A stretch of 64,000 nt of DNA, from contig NW_018407563.1 in assembly GCF_002113885.1 (NCBI RefSeq), positions 507,187-571,186 of the forward strand, read 5' to 3'. The position numbers and the translations under genes are program-made. The notes beneath the pieces are model-generated. The model was not told the origin of the DNA, did no database searches, and saw only the letters and a list, made by a program, of their open reading frames with translations. Shown one piece after another: positions 12,000-25,231 of this stretch. The stretch comes from Mizuhopecten yessoensis (lineage: Eukaryota). Numbering within the stretch: position 1 is the stretch's first letter; each line of letters starts with the position of its first letter.

Positions 12000-12384
12000 G
12001 ATTATCCATCAACTTGGTTCGTTTACAATCTGTTATATGCATTTTCTAGATTTCCTCCCAACTATTTCTCCTCTTTTCTTTAGAACACTGTCCTAATAAG
12101 TAAGCGATATTTAAACATTTGATGAATGATAGTTTGATAAAGATCCAAAGAAAGTTTCACAAATTAAGTATTCACGATATTGCTGGACTGTAAAGTAGTC
12201 TGTGTTTTACGTAATAACGTAAGCTTAGCACTTGTCAATTTCTGACCCATATATTAGGTAATGTCAACATTTCTGGCAGTAGTGTGATAAAGATATTTCA
12301 GTCATCATGAAATGTTAGAAGACGTATATAAAGTTATATAATGAACCCATCTCCATATTATCGTCGAGTACATTAATCACATGC

Positions 12385-12450
12385 CTGTAGGAACGCCTCA
12401 ATCATCTCATACAAGTCGGAGACAGGCGGAATCAACTGTACGGACGCCAT
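12385..12450 (-). CDS. SPTLC1: Serine palmitoyltransferase 1, coding exon 1 (MASVQLIPPVSDLYEMIEAFLQ)
   Basis: ATG at 12450; resembles human N-terminus (..LVEMVQALYE|APAY); joins exon 2 in phase 0 only through a GC donor (CAG|GCATGT). Confidence 0.8.
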
Positions 12451-12509
12451 GTTGGATACCTGTATGAAGGGACGTAACTCTATCAGACGTTTGGACCTAC
12501 CTTAATCTG

Positions 12510-12838
12510 ATTCATGAAACCGTTCTCATATATATATATATTATATATGCTCAAGCAAGGCGGATTTTGCGCTCAAACCAACTTTCTTGTTGCTCTCTTA
12601 AATCGTGTCAAATGATCAGAAATTCAAATGTAAACTTTGAAAACAGTATTTGGCTTTAAGTCTCTTATAGTCCCCCAAAAATCATTGACAAAATACAATT
12701 TGTTTTTTTTCAATGTTTTCAATGTTTACAATTGACTTTTTGATTGTTGACATAATTGAGGTGAGATTAAAGAAACCTGGCTTGAGCACAAAATCCATGC
12801 TTGAGCACGAGAACGGTTTCATGAATTCATACGGGCCC
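12510..12838. mobile_element. TIR MITE (PIF/Harbinger-like GGGCCCGTAT end) immediately upstream of the SPTLC1 ATG
   Basis: ATTCATGAAACCGTTCTC..GCTCAAGCA inverted at both ends; related fragment at about 44119-44157. Confidence 0.7.
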
Positions 12839-13465
12839 AGAGCTTAACTACGATATGGCCCCGCCGACATGCCAGCTGATCATTTTGTTATTGCAATTTG
12901 CTGATCCCATTTTGTTTTTGCCGATTTTCAAACTTATCGCATTTGTAGTTGTTATTATCGATATGCTAAATGCTTCTGGTCATTTACTCGCTTTTGCTAA
13001 TGCTCAGTTATTGCTCAAACAGGTCAGTGATAAGGCACTAAAACTGATATCTTGGTGAAAATAGCTTACGATCATTATGATTTGTCAATATATTGCAACC
13101 CGGGCCAACTGAATTTAGACGAAATTATTTATAATAGGGAAAAAAAGGCATTATAATCGTCATAGTTCAGCGGAATTTTATATGATGTGCTTAAGCCAGT
13201 TTTCCTGTAATGAAAAGCTACGTAAGACTATAGCTACATTATAGATGTAGGATTGAAATACTCCACCTGACGGTCCTGAAATTGGGGCAAAAAAAACCAA
13301 AGTTGTCTGGGGTTTAAAAAAAAAAATAACGAGCGTACCAGAGGGAGTTCGGGATATTTCTACATAATTTACATATGGTAGAGTTATTTTCTTTCATAGC
13401 GTGGCGATTCTTTGTTTCTTCCTTCGACCTCGTGACACGTGATTAATCTTGGAGAAACAAGCTTA

Positions 13466-13782
13466 AGGTATTTCATACAGGCTCATGTCAGTGTATATAG
13501 TTTGAGACTGGCTCATAACTTTTCCTCAAAATGATAAAAATGTGGAAGTTGGTTGGTATACCCATGTCAGGAAAAATGTCAACAATGACCTTTGCAGAAA
13601 TTATTTGTTGAAAATATTGTTGACTTTGTCTGAAAAGTAACATTTGAATGCAAAATTTTAGTGGCGCAAAATTGCATTGAATATTATAATTCATGAAAAC
13701 ACTTACCTGTGCATGCATTTCTGGAAAAGTTATGATCCAGTCTCATACTATATACAATGACATGCGCCTGTATGAAATACCT
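13466..13782. mobile_element. Kolobok-like MITE
   Basis: About 60-bp TIRs AGGTATTTCATACAGG.. / ..CCTGTATGAAATACCT with TTAA at both flanks. Confidence 0.75.
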
Positions 13783-14443
13783 TTAAGAAATCACGTGGCA
13801 ACCAAATAGAATACCGAAATAAAACAATGACGCGCTAGTAAAGGTGTTCAGGTTGATTGCTGTCGTCTGCTTTTAACAGATTGATTGATAGGTTTTACGT
13901 CCGCCTCACTACCGAGTAGTTCGGTTATCCAGCAGACGACTTTAACAGTTGCACTCAGAGCTCATTTGTAGTGTTTTTGCCTTTTTTCTAGATAATCCGA
14001 ACAAGGGGATCATGACCAGAGAAACTCGAGCGCGTGTGGTGGACACGATGTTTTGTTGCACCGTCTTTTGATCAATATAATCAATAATATAATAATACAG
14101 CAACGCCTTTATATACCAGAGACCTAAAGTAAGGTCTTTGTATATACATAGGAAGTATAAAAATAGATCATATATATACCTGTGAAACATTTTTCCGGGG
14201 CATTTTACTATGATTTTTGTGCATTCTCATAGTCCCAACCATCTTGATTTGAGACCGGTAGGCTACGCCTATCGAACAGCTAACAAATAACTAAATGAAA
14301 TTTGGCCGCACGACCTTACTTAAAATAACTTATGTTATTATGTAGCATTCATACAGTTGGGTTGCAAAATAGATTGATATGTTACAAGTCAAGTGACTAT
14401 TTGTTATGAAGACATCAGTCTTAATGCCTTTATTATCTTTGCT

Positions 14444-14504
14444 AACGTCGCTTTGTACAATTTTAACGTCGCTTTGTACAATTTTAACGTCGCTTTGTAC
14501 AATT
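14444..14504. repeat. 21-bp tandem repeat, 3 copies
   Basis: AACGTCGCTTTGTACAATTTT. Confidence 0.85.
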
Positions 14505-16752
14505 CACCTATCTGAATTCCGATGTTTAATAGGGGTCTTTAAATATGGCTTATCAGAGTTAAACTTTCGATGATTATATTATCTTTTAGAGGGCTTGTTG
14601 AACTTAAATTGTCATTTCCTTTTTGCCAATTGCTATGAGAGAACGGTATATATATGACTTTAACGGTTACACTCCGTAATTGCCAGGTGTCAATAATCAA
14701 ATTTATCATACAAACAACAAGCAAAGTAACAAGTGAGAATAACCGATTGGCAATAATAAGCAAGTGAAAAATGCCAATGAGCAATTGTGAATTAACAAAC
14801 GGCAATTAACATTCACAAAAAAATGGCAATTGGTAAATTGCAGTAATAAAATAAGAGAAATCAACGACTGGTAAGTTGGTGCTGAGACTCTATATATCAC
14901 ATGGACAGCACGCATAGAGGTTTCGAGTGCAACGTTATAATCGCCGTTATAACGTCAACATTCGCCATTATTCCAATGTAATGTGTAACGTAAACGGAAT
15001 GCGCGTTTATGGGCCCATTCCGCAGATGTTTGAATTTTAAAGCTACATAACAATGTTTTCTTGAACTATATGACACTTGAAAGTCGATATCAATTTTGAA
15101 AGTTGCAAAAAATACAGGAAACCCACATGCATCATTAGTGTTTTAGTTTTTCAAAATGTCCGTTCATTCGCAATATGATTTCTAGATTAATATGTTATGT
15201 CGTTTGCCTGTATTCGGTTTGGTGCAAGTCCAAATGGGGAAAAATTGAGGAAAATTGTGAAAAGCGTGATCTTTAAAGAAAATTCTCAGGGTGGGGGAGG
15301 GTTCTTGAAGCCCAGAAAAACCCGCTGGATCCGCCACTGCCTATTCAAACGATATACAAAAGTTTATTGAAATTGGAGCGACAGTATTTGGGGAATTTAG
15401 ATATTAGTGGGTCTAGCCGTTATGTAACGGTCCGTAAAATGCGTCCTTTTGATATATTGTGTGTCCTAACACTGCCGCTGCACAGCATTGATTCACCCAG
15501 GTCTAGCCGTTATGTAACGCTACGCTGTTTTGCGTCGGAAACGTTAATTCGAACGTCATTACCTTGTTTTGTGCTTATGAACATTTAACGTTTTTCGTGA
15601 ATGTTTTATGCATGGTTGTATTTTACACGCAATAACAGCTTACGTAACATGCATACGTATTAATAATATCTCAGGTTTTCATTTTATGTACATTTTCTAA
15701 TTATCAGTTTTCAAATTTCCTGTGAAGGATGTCGCATTTATTTAACAATTTAGTTTTTCATAATTCTTGCATAAACTGAGTGAACGAAATAACTGGTTTA
15801 AGCGGGAAAAGGTGATCTTTTCTTAAGGGAGAGATAAAAATATGTATACTATCGTTACTTTAAATTTGAAAACATCCCACAACATTGAGTTTAATTTGAT
15901 GTCGATGGCTTTAATAATAACATGTGAAATTTATTTCATTTGCACATATTTGTATGAAAAATATTACTACGTGCACGTGGTGAATGATGACGTTACGTCA
16001 ATCACTTTTAAGGAAAACGCAAGGCGACATATACGGTATTACTTGTCGGTTGCGTCGTCCGAAACAAAGTTTCTGTGCGATAACTTGAGTTCCCTTGGGT
16101 TGATTGAGCTTAAACTTGGTACACATATTGCATACCAATATAGCTCGGTGCGCATTTTAGAAGTTTACGTGCATTTTTGATGGAGTTATGCCCCTTTTAT
16201 TGTCAAATGGACATTGTGTAGTAAATGCAAGACATTTTTATTTTTTAATTAATTCCTTTCAAAATTTGTACGGTAACGATAGAAGCAATTATGTTCAACA
16301 TGTATTATGTTTTTTTTGTCGAGGTTCAACTTTCCGCGTTTTGGCATATCTGAGCAGGCGACACATCAAGTTCCGTGGAATTCTTGTTTAATATAAAATT
16401 GTTAAGGAAATGGTTGAATCTTTGCAATAGTTTTCCTCATCATCTTAAGGTGCACAAAATAAGAAATTGACCCTGTAAGACACATCCTTTTTGCACATAT
16501 TTCTAAACATAACAAAAACAAATTGTCTACAACTTCCACATACAGAAAACTGGTACAAATTCGACACAAGTCCTTTTAGCTACAGCAGTCTGGAAAAAAA
16601 TCAGGATCAGGCATTAATGCTGGTGAACAAATCCTTCAATTCTGATCTAGAGATATGTATTTGTGAACCTTAACTTGTTGAACCTTCCATGATAAAATGC
16701 CACATGTATGACCACAGCCACTGCCTACAGTGATTGAATACAAGATATATTG

Positions 16753-18395
16753 AAAACAAGACAATTCGGCGAATTATAGTCCCCAACCAAATGTGAAATG
16801 CATAAATGACAAATTGCAGGAACTTATTCTATATATGAATGTTTGACGGACCCACCATATTTAATAAGGAAAAGTGTCAGTGAACTGGTCAAAAACAGTG
16901 CCCTACTTTGATATACGACACACTGCCTCACCAAGATGAACCCATACTCCAAGTATAAAATTCCAACGACTAGTAGTGTAGGAGATAGAGCCCGGACAAA
17001 GTTTTTCTTTGATGCAGGTCAAAGGTCAAAAAGTAGTTCAGAGTGACCTACTTTTAATACACGACACACCGACTCACAAAGGTGAACCCATACCCCAAGT
17101 ATGAAATTCCAGTGACTAGTAGTGTAGGAGATAGAGCCTGGACAATGTCTTTCTTTGATGTAGGTCAAAGGTCAAAATGTAGGTCAGAGTGACCTACTTT
17201 CGATATATGACACACTGTCTCCCCAAGGTGAACCCATACACCAAGTATGAAGTTCCAGTGTCATAATGGCTGTTTATGCGTGGTGTTGTGGTCTGTTAGA
17301 GTGCACTGTATGGCCCAACACCGCGGTCTTCAGCACTCAAGGTTTTCTGTCGGGACTACCTCACCCTTAACTTCGGAACAAATGTTCTGATCCTTGAAGT
17401 ACAGGAAGGATGTTACAGATTCCTAGTTCTGGATTTTCCTCGAGGTTGTCACCTGAAGCCTTTCCCTGGTGAAGGGTGTGGCCGCAAGGCAGCGGAGGTT
17501 TTGAGTCCCGAGTTTTCCTTCTCCAAGGTTGACGAGCCCCATCTGCCCGAGGCTATCTGGTTTTGAGGTGCCAGTGGCTCGCCTTCGTCCCTTCTCCAGT
17601 CAGTTGAAACAGTTCCACCGGGTTTACCGATGATAAACCACTCGTGAAGGTTGGAGTTGGACTTTGGTTGTCAGAGGCTGTTTGGGACGCATGCCGAAAG
17701 GAGCATTTTCATGGAATTTGGAGCCTATTTCCCACCTCCACCCCTTGGCTTAACAACTTTTGGAACCTGAAGTTCCAGTGACTAGTAGTGTAAGAGATAG
17801 AGCCCGGACAAGATAGCGGAAGGACGGTTGGACACAGCGCAAAACTCTAGTCCCCCCCCCCCGGNNNNNNNNNNNNNNNNNNNNNNNNGGAACAAATGTT
17901 CTGATCCTGGAAGTACAGGAAGGATGTTACAGATTCCTAGTTCTGGATTTTCCTCGAGGTTGTCACCTGAAGCCTTTCCCTGGCGAAGGGTGTGGCCGCA
18001 AGGCAGCGGAGGTTTTGAGTCCCGAGTTTTCCTTCTCCAAGGTTGACGAGCCCCATCTGCCCGAGGCTATCTGGTTTTGAGGTGCCAGTGGCTCGCCTTC
18101 GCCCCTTCTCCAGTCAGTTGAAACAGTTCCACCGGGTTTACCGATGATAAACCACCCGTGAAGGTTGGAGTTGGACTTTGGTTGTCAGAGGCTGTTTGGG
18201 ACGCATGCCGAAAGAAGCATTTTCATGGAATTTGGAGCCTATTTCTCACCTCCACCCCTTGGCTTAACAACTTTTGGAACCTGATGTTCCAGTGACTAGT
18301 AGTGTAAGAGATAGAGCCCGGACAAGATAGCGGAAGGATGGTTGGACACAGCGCAAAACTCTAGTCCCCCCCCCGGTTCCGGAGGGGGACTAATA
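16753..18395 (+). mobile_element. HINE-type element with 146-bp internal units, interrupted by an RTE-derived insert
   Basis: AAACAAGACAATTCGGCGAATT start; terminal hairpin TAGTCCCCC..GGGGGACTA. Confidence 0.65.
17261..17767 (-). mobile_element. Non-autonomous RTE-derived retroposon (5' UTR plus short 3' end)
   Basis: 13-bp TSD TGAAGTTCCAGTG (17248-17260, 17768-17780); minus strand GGGCAGATGGGGCTCGTCAACC..GGAGAAGGAAAACTC..AAACCTCCGCTGCCTTG resembles RTE-clade 5' UTRs. Confidence 0.75.
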
Positions 18396-21300
18396 ATAAC
18401 AACAACAAAGATATTTCTGGAGAAAACCTCTTTATCTCTAATAATAAAATGATGACTTTCAAAATACTTCCAAGTGACATGATCAATTATGATACTTGCG
18501 TAATTACACAATCAATATTTAACATTTGGCAGTAGTTCAATCTATAATTACACAGAACAATAATGATAAATGATCAGGCATTTCATTTGTCTGCCCCCAG
18601 GTAACATGCCTAGCCAGTAGGAACATACATCGAAAAAACAAAATATTTCTAAGTACACATTCACGTGTAGCACACAAGAAGCTAATAAACAAAGTTTTCT
18701 AAGGCTAACACATAGTTTACAGTGTCAAGGTACGGAGAAGAAAACCAAAGTTGCTTTGCCTTTCAACTCAGCTACCCCTGAAGACACATTTGAACTATTC
18801 CAATTCAAAGGTTGGAATAGTCCATTATGAAATTTCAGGGATGAATGAGTAACTTATTAAAAATATTTGTACTAAAGTTCAAATTTCTAGAAGAAATAAA
18901 TTTTGGAACATGGATAAAAATTGTGTGGAGCAAAGGAATTTTATGCTAGCAACATTTAAGTATACAACCTCATCCACATAATGGTTCTTCTTTGGTCAAT
19001 ATTCCTGTACCATGTACAATGCATAATGAAGACAGTAATCTCACCAAATATCACACAGTGGACTCATCTCGTATTGTCTTGGAACAGTTCACCAAGGTTG
19101 ACAGTGGGGAGAGACAGCTATTTACAGAAAACAGATGTAAAGTCAATGTAACAACAGATGTAGGTATAGAGTTTGATATATATATAAAGATCATATTAAT
19201 ACTGAGAGCATACGATGTAGTCCACTTTATAAATATACACAAGAGTGAAACATGACCAATAGAATATATACATTTATCAACAATGAAACAACTAAGATCA
19301 CATGTGGAACTTGTTAGGCATCCGATGGGTACATGTATTTATATATATATCTGTAACATTATTATATACAACAGTGATTTCATAGGAAAATAACCTTTAA
19401 CTACTGGTACAGTAGGACCACAGTACTGCACTATCGTGGTTTGTATCAGTCAGTGTTAAAACTGCAGTGAGTTTACATAATTTAGCCACCTATGTTCTCA
19501 GCAAAATTTCTTAGATGCCTGCACTATTTTGGGGGTTGGGGAATATTTTTGTTCCCTTAGACACTGGCTGGACAGGGGGACAACTGGCTTAGTGGTGATT
19601 GGTTTAATACCGACTGCAAAGTAGCTGACTTTCCATATAGTCGCCATGCTTTTCACTGCCAGCTGCTATCAGGTTTCCAGTACCAAAATTTGGGTGGACT
19701 GTTTCGTAAGATATTGCACCGCAATAACCACAAATATGGCACAGTTGGTATTGTTTACATCAACAAAGTCTGCATCGTATTTTACATTAAATAGCACTTC
19801 AGTCTTTTTACCTCGTGTTGTGTAGATTACACTCTCAATTTAATAGAATTTGCAGTAAGTGTCATACATAATGTATGTTGGACATTTGAAAAGAAAGTCT
19901 TTTTGGAAAATGTTTTAATAGGTTAAACAGGTATCTGTATCTGTATCAGTATGACATCCAAAGTTAATACCCCTCTTTAATATTGATGGCGTACACCATT
20001 AAACATTTATTTCATAACAAGTAGTCTTAAATAAATATACCCCACAAGGAACAACATATTAACAGGCTACATATATATTATGATAACTTCTCGTGAACAT
20101 CTGTGAACCCTCAAAAATATATTCTGCTAATCATATTGGAGAAGGTGAAACATCGACAAACTGATTCACAAAAATTTATATAAATTGATTTCATATCATT
20201 TTGTTTCATTAAATTATTATACATTTTGCAAACAACTCAAAAAAAGATTATGTCTTACAAATTTGAACCCTTCTATAAATGGCAATGAATTTGTAATCAC
20301 TTAAAAATCATAAAACATGATTCACTCGTTTCAAAATCCATTAAACAACAATTAAAAGCAAAATCTAAATTACAACGCACCTATTTTCCTAAGAAATGTG
20401 GCTGCCATTTACAAATTCAATCATAATTTAACTACAAAATCTTCACAATTTATTTCTCTCCAATATGGTTTGAGTAACATGCACAATACATCAACTACTG
20501 TAAGCATTATCAGGACAGGGCTGTCCCAGGTCGGGGTTCTTCATCATCAGTGACGAAATATTACATTTCAATTTTAACGACAAACATTTCATGTCAACTT
20601 AAAAATAAAAGGACCTCTATAAGAAACACGTACAACATGAACTAGATGAAACTCCAAACAAGGGGCTTTGTGGTACACCTGCTTTGCGGCTAAAGTAGGT
20701 CGGACTTGAAAATTTGGATGATCCTACATGAAAAAGTTAATAAGACATGCCCCAGAAAATGTATTCTCTTGATTAAGCTCAAACAAAGGTTGCGGTAACC
20801 TAATTTTGATTTTCTACACTATGACTTCCCCAGATAGTATCACATAGTTTTACTTCAGTATAATACCCTATGTTATATTGTAAAGAGGGGCTCCTCAAAT
20901 TGTTTTCCCTGGTTTGAATGCAAAAGGCTTAAATCAATATTTTTGTACACTTTTCCTCCTTTACATATACCTAAGTATCTACCGAATATGACCTTGCATG
21001 CACTTTACCTTAGAATTGTTAAAGATTTGTTATTCTTCTTTATTCAGCGAGTGATTTAATTTCATTCTCTGCACTTTCCCTTCTCTAGAATAGATGCTAT
21101 GTACCAATTTGACTGATCCTATATATAAGAGAAAAGCATGTGAAAACATCTGGACGGACACGCACATGGGAAATTCTGTATAATCCTACTTCATTTATTT
21201 TTTGGGGGTTTAGATCTTAATTTGTTTTTTTCCAATGAAATATTACTCCTGCATCTGTCGAATTGAAACCCCCCCGATATAAATTGGTCATGATCCTGAG

Positions 21301-22761
21301 AAGATATGGGACCTGAGAAAAATAAAGCTATGATTACCTTACGCCACATTATGATTATGATCTCAAATTGTCTTTTCCACTTATACATGTGACCAATGCT
21401 TGGTAACCGTATACAACAAAGGCAAACAATATAAATGAGCATGGCGATGTGTATGTACCTAAACAAACTAGGCATAAACTCCGCCTTATTTTTTATTCTT
21501 CATTTCCCTAGATGTGTTAAGTGTACAACATATGGCCTATACAGAACCTAAGGTTTAGATCACAACGTTAGACAGCATTTTAACACTGGTGTGCTAGAAT
21601 GAACGAGTAGCACTTTTGCCGTGGAGCAATTTGTGTTGCATTATACTGGGCCTCTAAACATGGTCTTCTGAAAATTGTATACCTGTAGTGGTAAATAACA
21701 TCTGTTAGTAGCTCTTGGTGAGATTTTTGAATTGATTTATTAAACGTTTCAGATTTGTTTGCAAAGATTATCCTACCTTTCTGTATCAATAACCTTTTTT
21801 TTTTATTATTATAGGGAGAAATATTCAAATGAGCAGTTTAAAAATAGCATATCTAGTGGTAAATTGGGTATTTATATAGTTTTCTTCCATTAATTAATAC
21901 TGGTCAGAACAAGAAAGTGCAAAAACACTCAATTGTCTGATTGGTTTATAAATGTTCAGGAGAGTGAGGTTACTTTCCGGGATTGGTTAATTTTTTTTCG
22001 GTGGTTAATTCTTACAAAAAGGCAGAAAGAAAATTACCTTAATTTCAGAGGGGAGTTGAACCATTTTCCGTCCCAAACTCACTTGTATAATAGTGCAGCA
22101 TATAGGAAATTACAGTTTAGGATGTACCACAAGAACTTACCATTATTCGGAGATTATTCTTTTTAATATATATCCCTATTCCTACAAAGTTGTATTAAAA
22201 CAAAATGGAAACAAAAAGACTGGAAATAAGTATATTGATCCAACTTCTAACAAAATTAGCACCAAAGTACTTTTTAATTAAACTCATGCAATCCCAAAAA
22301 TATTGGTTTCTTAACTACACCCAAGTTATTCTTCATCCCTGCATGTAAGTACATGTATTAATTTAACTCATTCATCCCTGAAATTTCATAATGTACTATT
22401 ATTCTAACCTTTGAACTGGAAGAGTTCAAATGTGTTTTTTTGGGGTGATGCAATGGGGTGATGTTAATGCAATAATGATAAGAGAGTAAGATGTCCTTAA
22501 CATTTCATTTTAACCATGAATAAAATTTCCTACTTTTAGGGTCCCTTCAAATTGATACGGAACCGAATCAAAAGTAACAGGTACAAGGAGATTTTGTTAT
22601 CAGTGAGTAGGACCATACAGCTTTTAACCACAGGAGAAAAATCATTTCAGGGAGAGCCTTGCAGCAATTAACCACAGGGACAGATAACAGCAAACATGTA
22701 TATTTTTTGTGCATCACAAAGACAAGAAAATGGGTCAATTCCAGAAAAAAATCTGTCGACT

Positions 22762-23007
22762 GAGGCCAAAAAGAAGCAAAAAAATATGTGTTTCCGCTAC
22801 CATCCTCAGAAAAAATAGGGTAGGTAGGTAGGCAGGCATTTTTGTTTTATTTTGCAAAATCCTTTTACTATGCTTATATAGATTATAGAGTAAGAGTTCT
22901 GACTTTCACAGTGCACATCACTAAACGCCAATACAAACTTAAGGGTAGACACAAAACTCTAGGGTAGGTAGGGTTAGCGGAAACACAAGATTTGTTTTAT
23001 TTGGCCC
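22762..23007. mobile_element. TIR MITE
   Basis: GGCCAAA..TGTGTTTCCGCTA / TAGCGGAAACACA..TTTGGCC inverted termini. Confidence 0.6.
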
Positions 23008-25231
23008 GATACACTTCCATACAGTATTCACATAGTTAACATTGCTTTTCGTTTTTAACACAGTATTTACATGTAACAGGTATCACATTGTAACAACTTA
23101 ACAGAGAGGAGGGGACAAACATAACTGCATCAATAATTAAGTATTCTGGCCTATTTCATAGGCACTCTCTTAAATCTGTCGACTGTACACTAACAAACGG
23201 TTCTACGATGTACGTGTAACGTACTATAAGACCATGGTCAAATATCTAATATTTACTTCAAATATACATGAGTGTGTATTTCAGAAGTTGTCTTGTTGGT
23301 GAGAATTTCAGTTGACATAAACAAATATTATATTATTAACTCATGATCATTCACCCCTGAATTTTCATAATAAACTATTCCAACCTTTGAATTGGAAGAG
23401 TTCAAATGTGTCTTCAGGGGTGGATCATGAGTTAACCTTAGACATGCCAATGTATTGACCACACTGGTTGGTCTACTGTTAATAATTACCGGTATGTAAC
23501 ATAAAACTATAAGAAATAATATTTTAATTTCCACTCAAATTGTTTAACCACCCTTCAATTTATAATGACTGAAATGGAGGGTGCACTAGACAATCAAGGT
23601 AAACAACAGGTACATCATTTTTGTTTAACGCTCAATATTGTTTAAACCTCAGTTTTAATTTATAATTTGTTTTGAAAACTCAACTTTAGAATTCACAATA
23701 TTTTTTAGACTTCAAAAGTAATAAATAATCTATCATTACATATACTGAACAAATACTTAACATATAATGAAATACATTTGAAGTACTTTCAACAAAAACA
23801 TAACAAACAGTAACATGTTGATACATAATTTGAATAAAAATTGGTAAGATCCATTCATTCAATTTTGCATTTTGTCTATAAATCCTCTCAAATTGTTTCC
23901 ATTTAAATCCTAATTTATTTTTAATCATCATCATTTGCAATGCTTTTGTACAAAAATACATATTATTTACTCCGATATTAGAAAAAAAACCTCTCAGCAT
24001 GAATTGCCATGACAAAACTGAAAGTAGACATTCTGTTTTATTTTGTTAATGAATGGATTGAATTTTAGCAGTTTGAAAAACTAAACCGATACATGGATGG
24101 TTATTTGAATTATATAGACATAAATCAAATGCCAAATTGTGCATGTACTTACACATGTAAGCTACAAGGAATTCCAGATTAAGTGGAAAATAAAGAATAA
24201 CAAAACTGAAACTATATAACATTGAACAATTTAACAGATTTTTGTAAAAAAGGATGCTCTGTAATGGGTAAAGTAGAACCATGTTTTTTTTCTAATTTCA
24301 GTCTTCTATATTTAGTCTGGTTTTTATTGTTTAACACCAGACTCTATAACTGAGAGGAATATTGCTACCAGTACGTATCTTCTGTTCAATCTGTAGATAA
24401 CTACTGGGTACCGAGCTGCCACGAGATTACTAAAACTGGAAAATACAGAAATATCAAAAGGGATAAAAGTGTATTTTAAACTACAAAATAGTAATATAGT
24501 ACCTTTTAGGTTTGATGAAATTCTGAAACAATCCTAAAACTAAAATTTTGAACTACATCTGAATATTATCAGCAACACAAGGGGGAGAAACACTAATAAA
24601 ATTTACTGTAGTAGACAAAATTTAACTATTCCTGTGACATAGCCCCGATCAGGTAGCTGTATATTTATAAATATCACATGTACAGCGCATATCACGTTTA
24701 CTGTATAGTGCCACTTAATTACTTATTCAACATGGTCTGGATAATACTTGCAAAAATCATTGGTTTTTATACAGATGAATTTAATAAAAAAAAATACTGA
24801 AATGAAATTAGGAAGTTAGAAACAGCAACAATATGTTGATAAATAACTTCTACTATACCGGGTAAATGTTGTCTGCATCATGCATTCAAAAAATGTAACA
24901 TGCAAAAATGAAGTACATGCATACGGAAGGAAAAACCCTGCATTGACCTTAACATAATTACTTGTGGCCTGCATGTATCGATACCTACATGTAGTATACA
25001 AAATTATTTCACAAATCATTGACAAGACTATTGCAAATAAACGTCCAGTCAGACTGGATCCGTGACAACGTAACATTTATGATCACATGCATCAAACAAA
25101 AAATTTCTCTCGCAACCTTAACTCATTTACCCCTGAAGTTTCATATTGAACTATTCCAACCTTTGAACAGGGAGAGTTCAAATGTGACTTCAGGGGTGAA
25201 TGATGTTTAGTTGTGAGAAAAAATGGTTACT

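Noticed and set aside
11420-12250. Diverged about 220-bp direct repeat in SPTLC1 intron 1 as LTRs
   Set aside because: No TG..CA ends, PBS or PPT; looks like an old local duplication with a MITE between the copies
17375-18376. About 490-bp direct duplication either side of a 24-N gap
   Set aside because: About 8 substitutions and a gap at the junction; most likely two haplotypes overlapped by the scaffolder rather than a true duplication
13000-25000. Many 60-110 aa ORFs in intergenic or UTR DNA
   Set aside because: Low-complexity, AT-biased translations with no motifs or consistent splice phases
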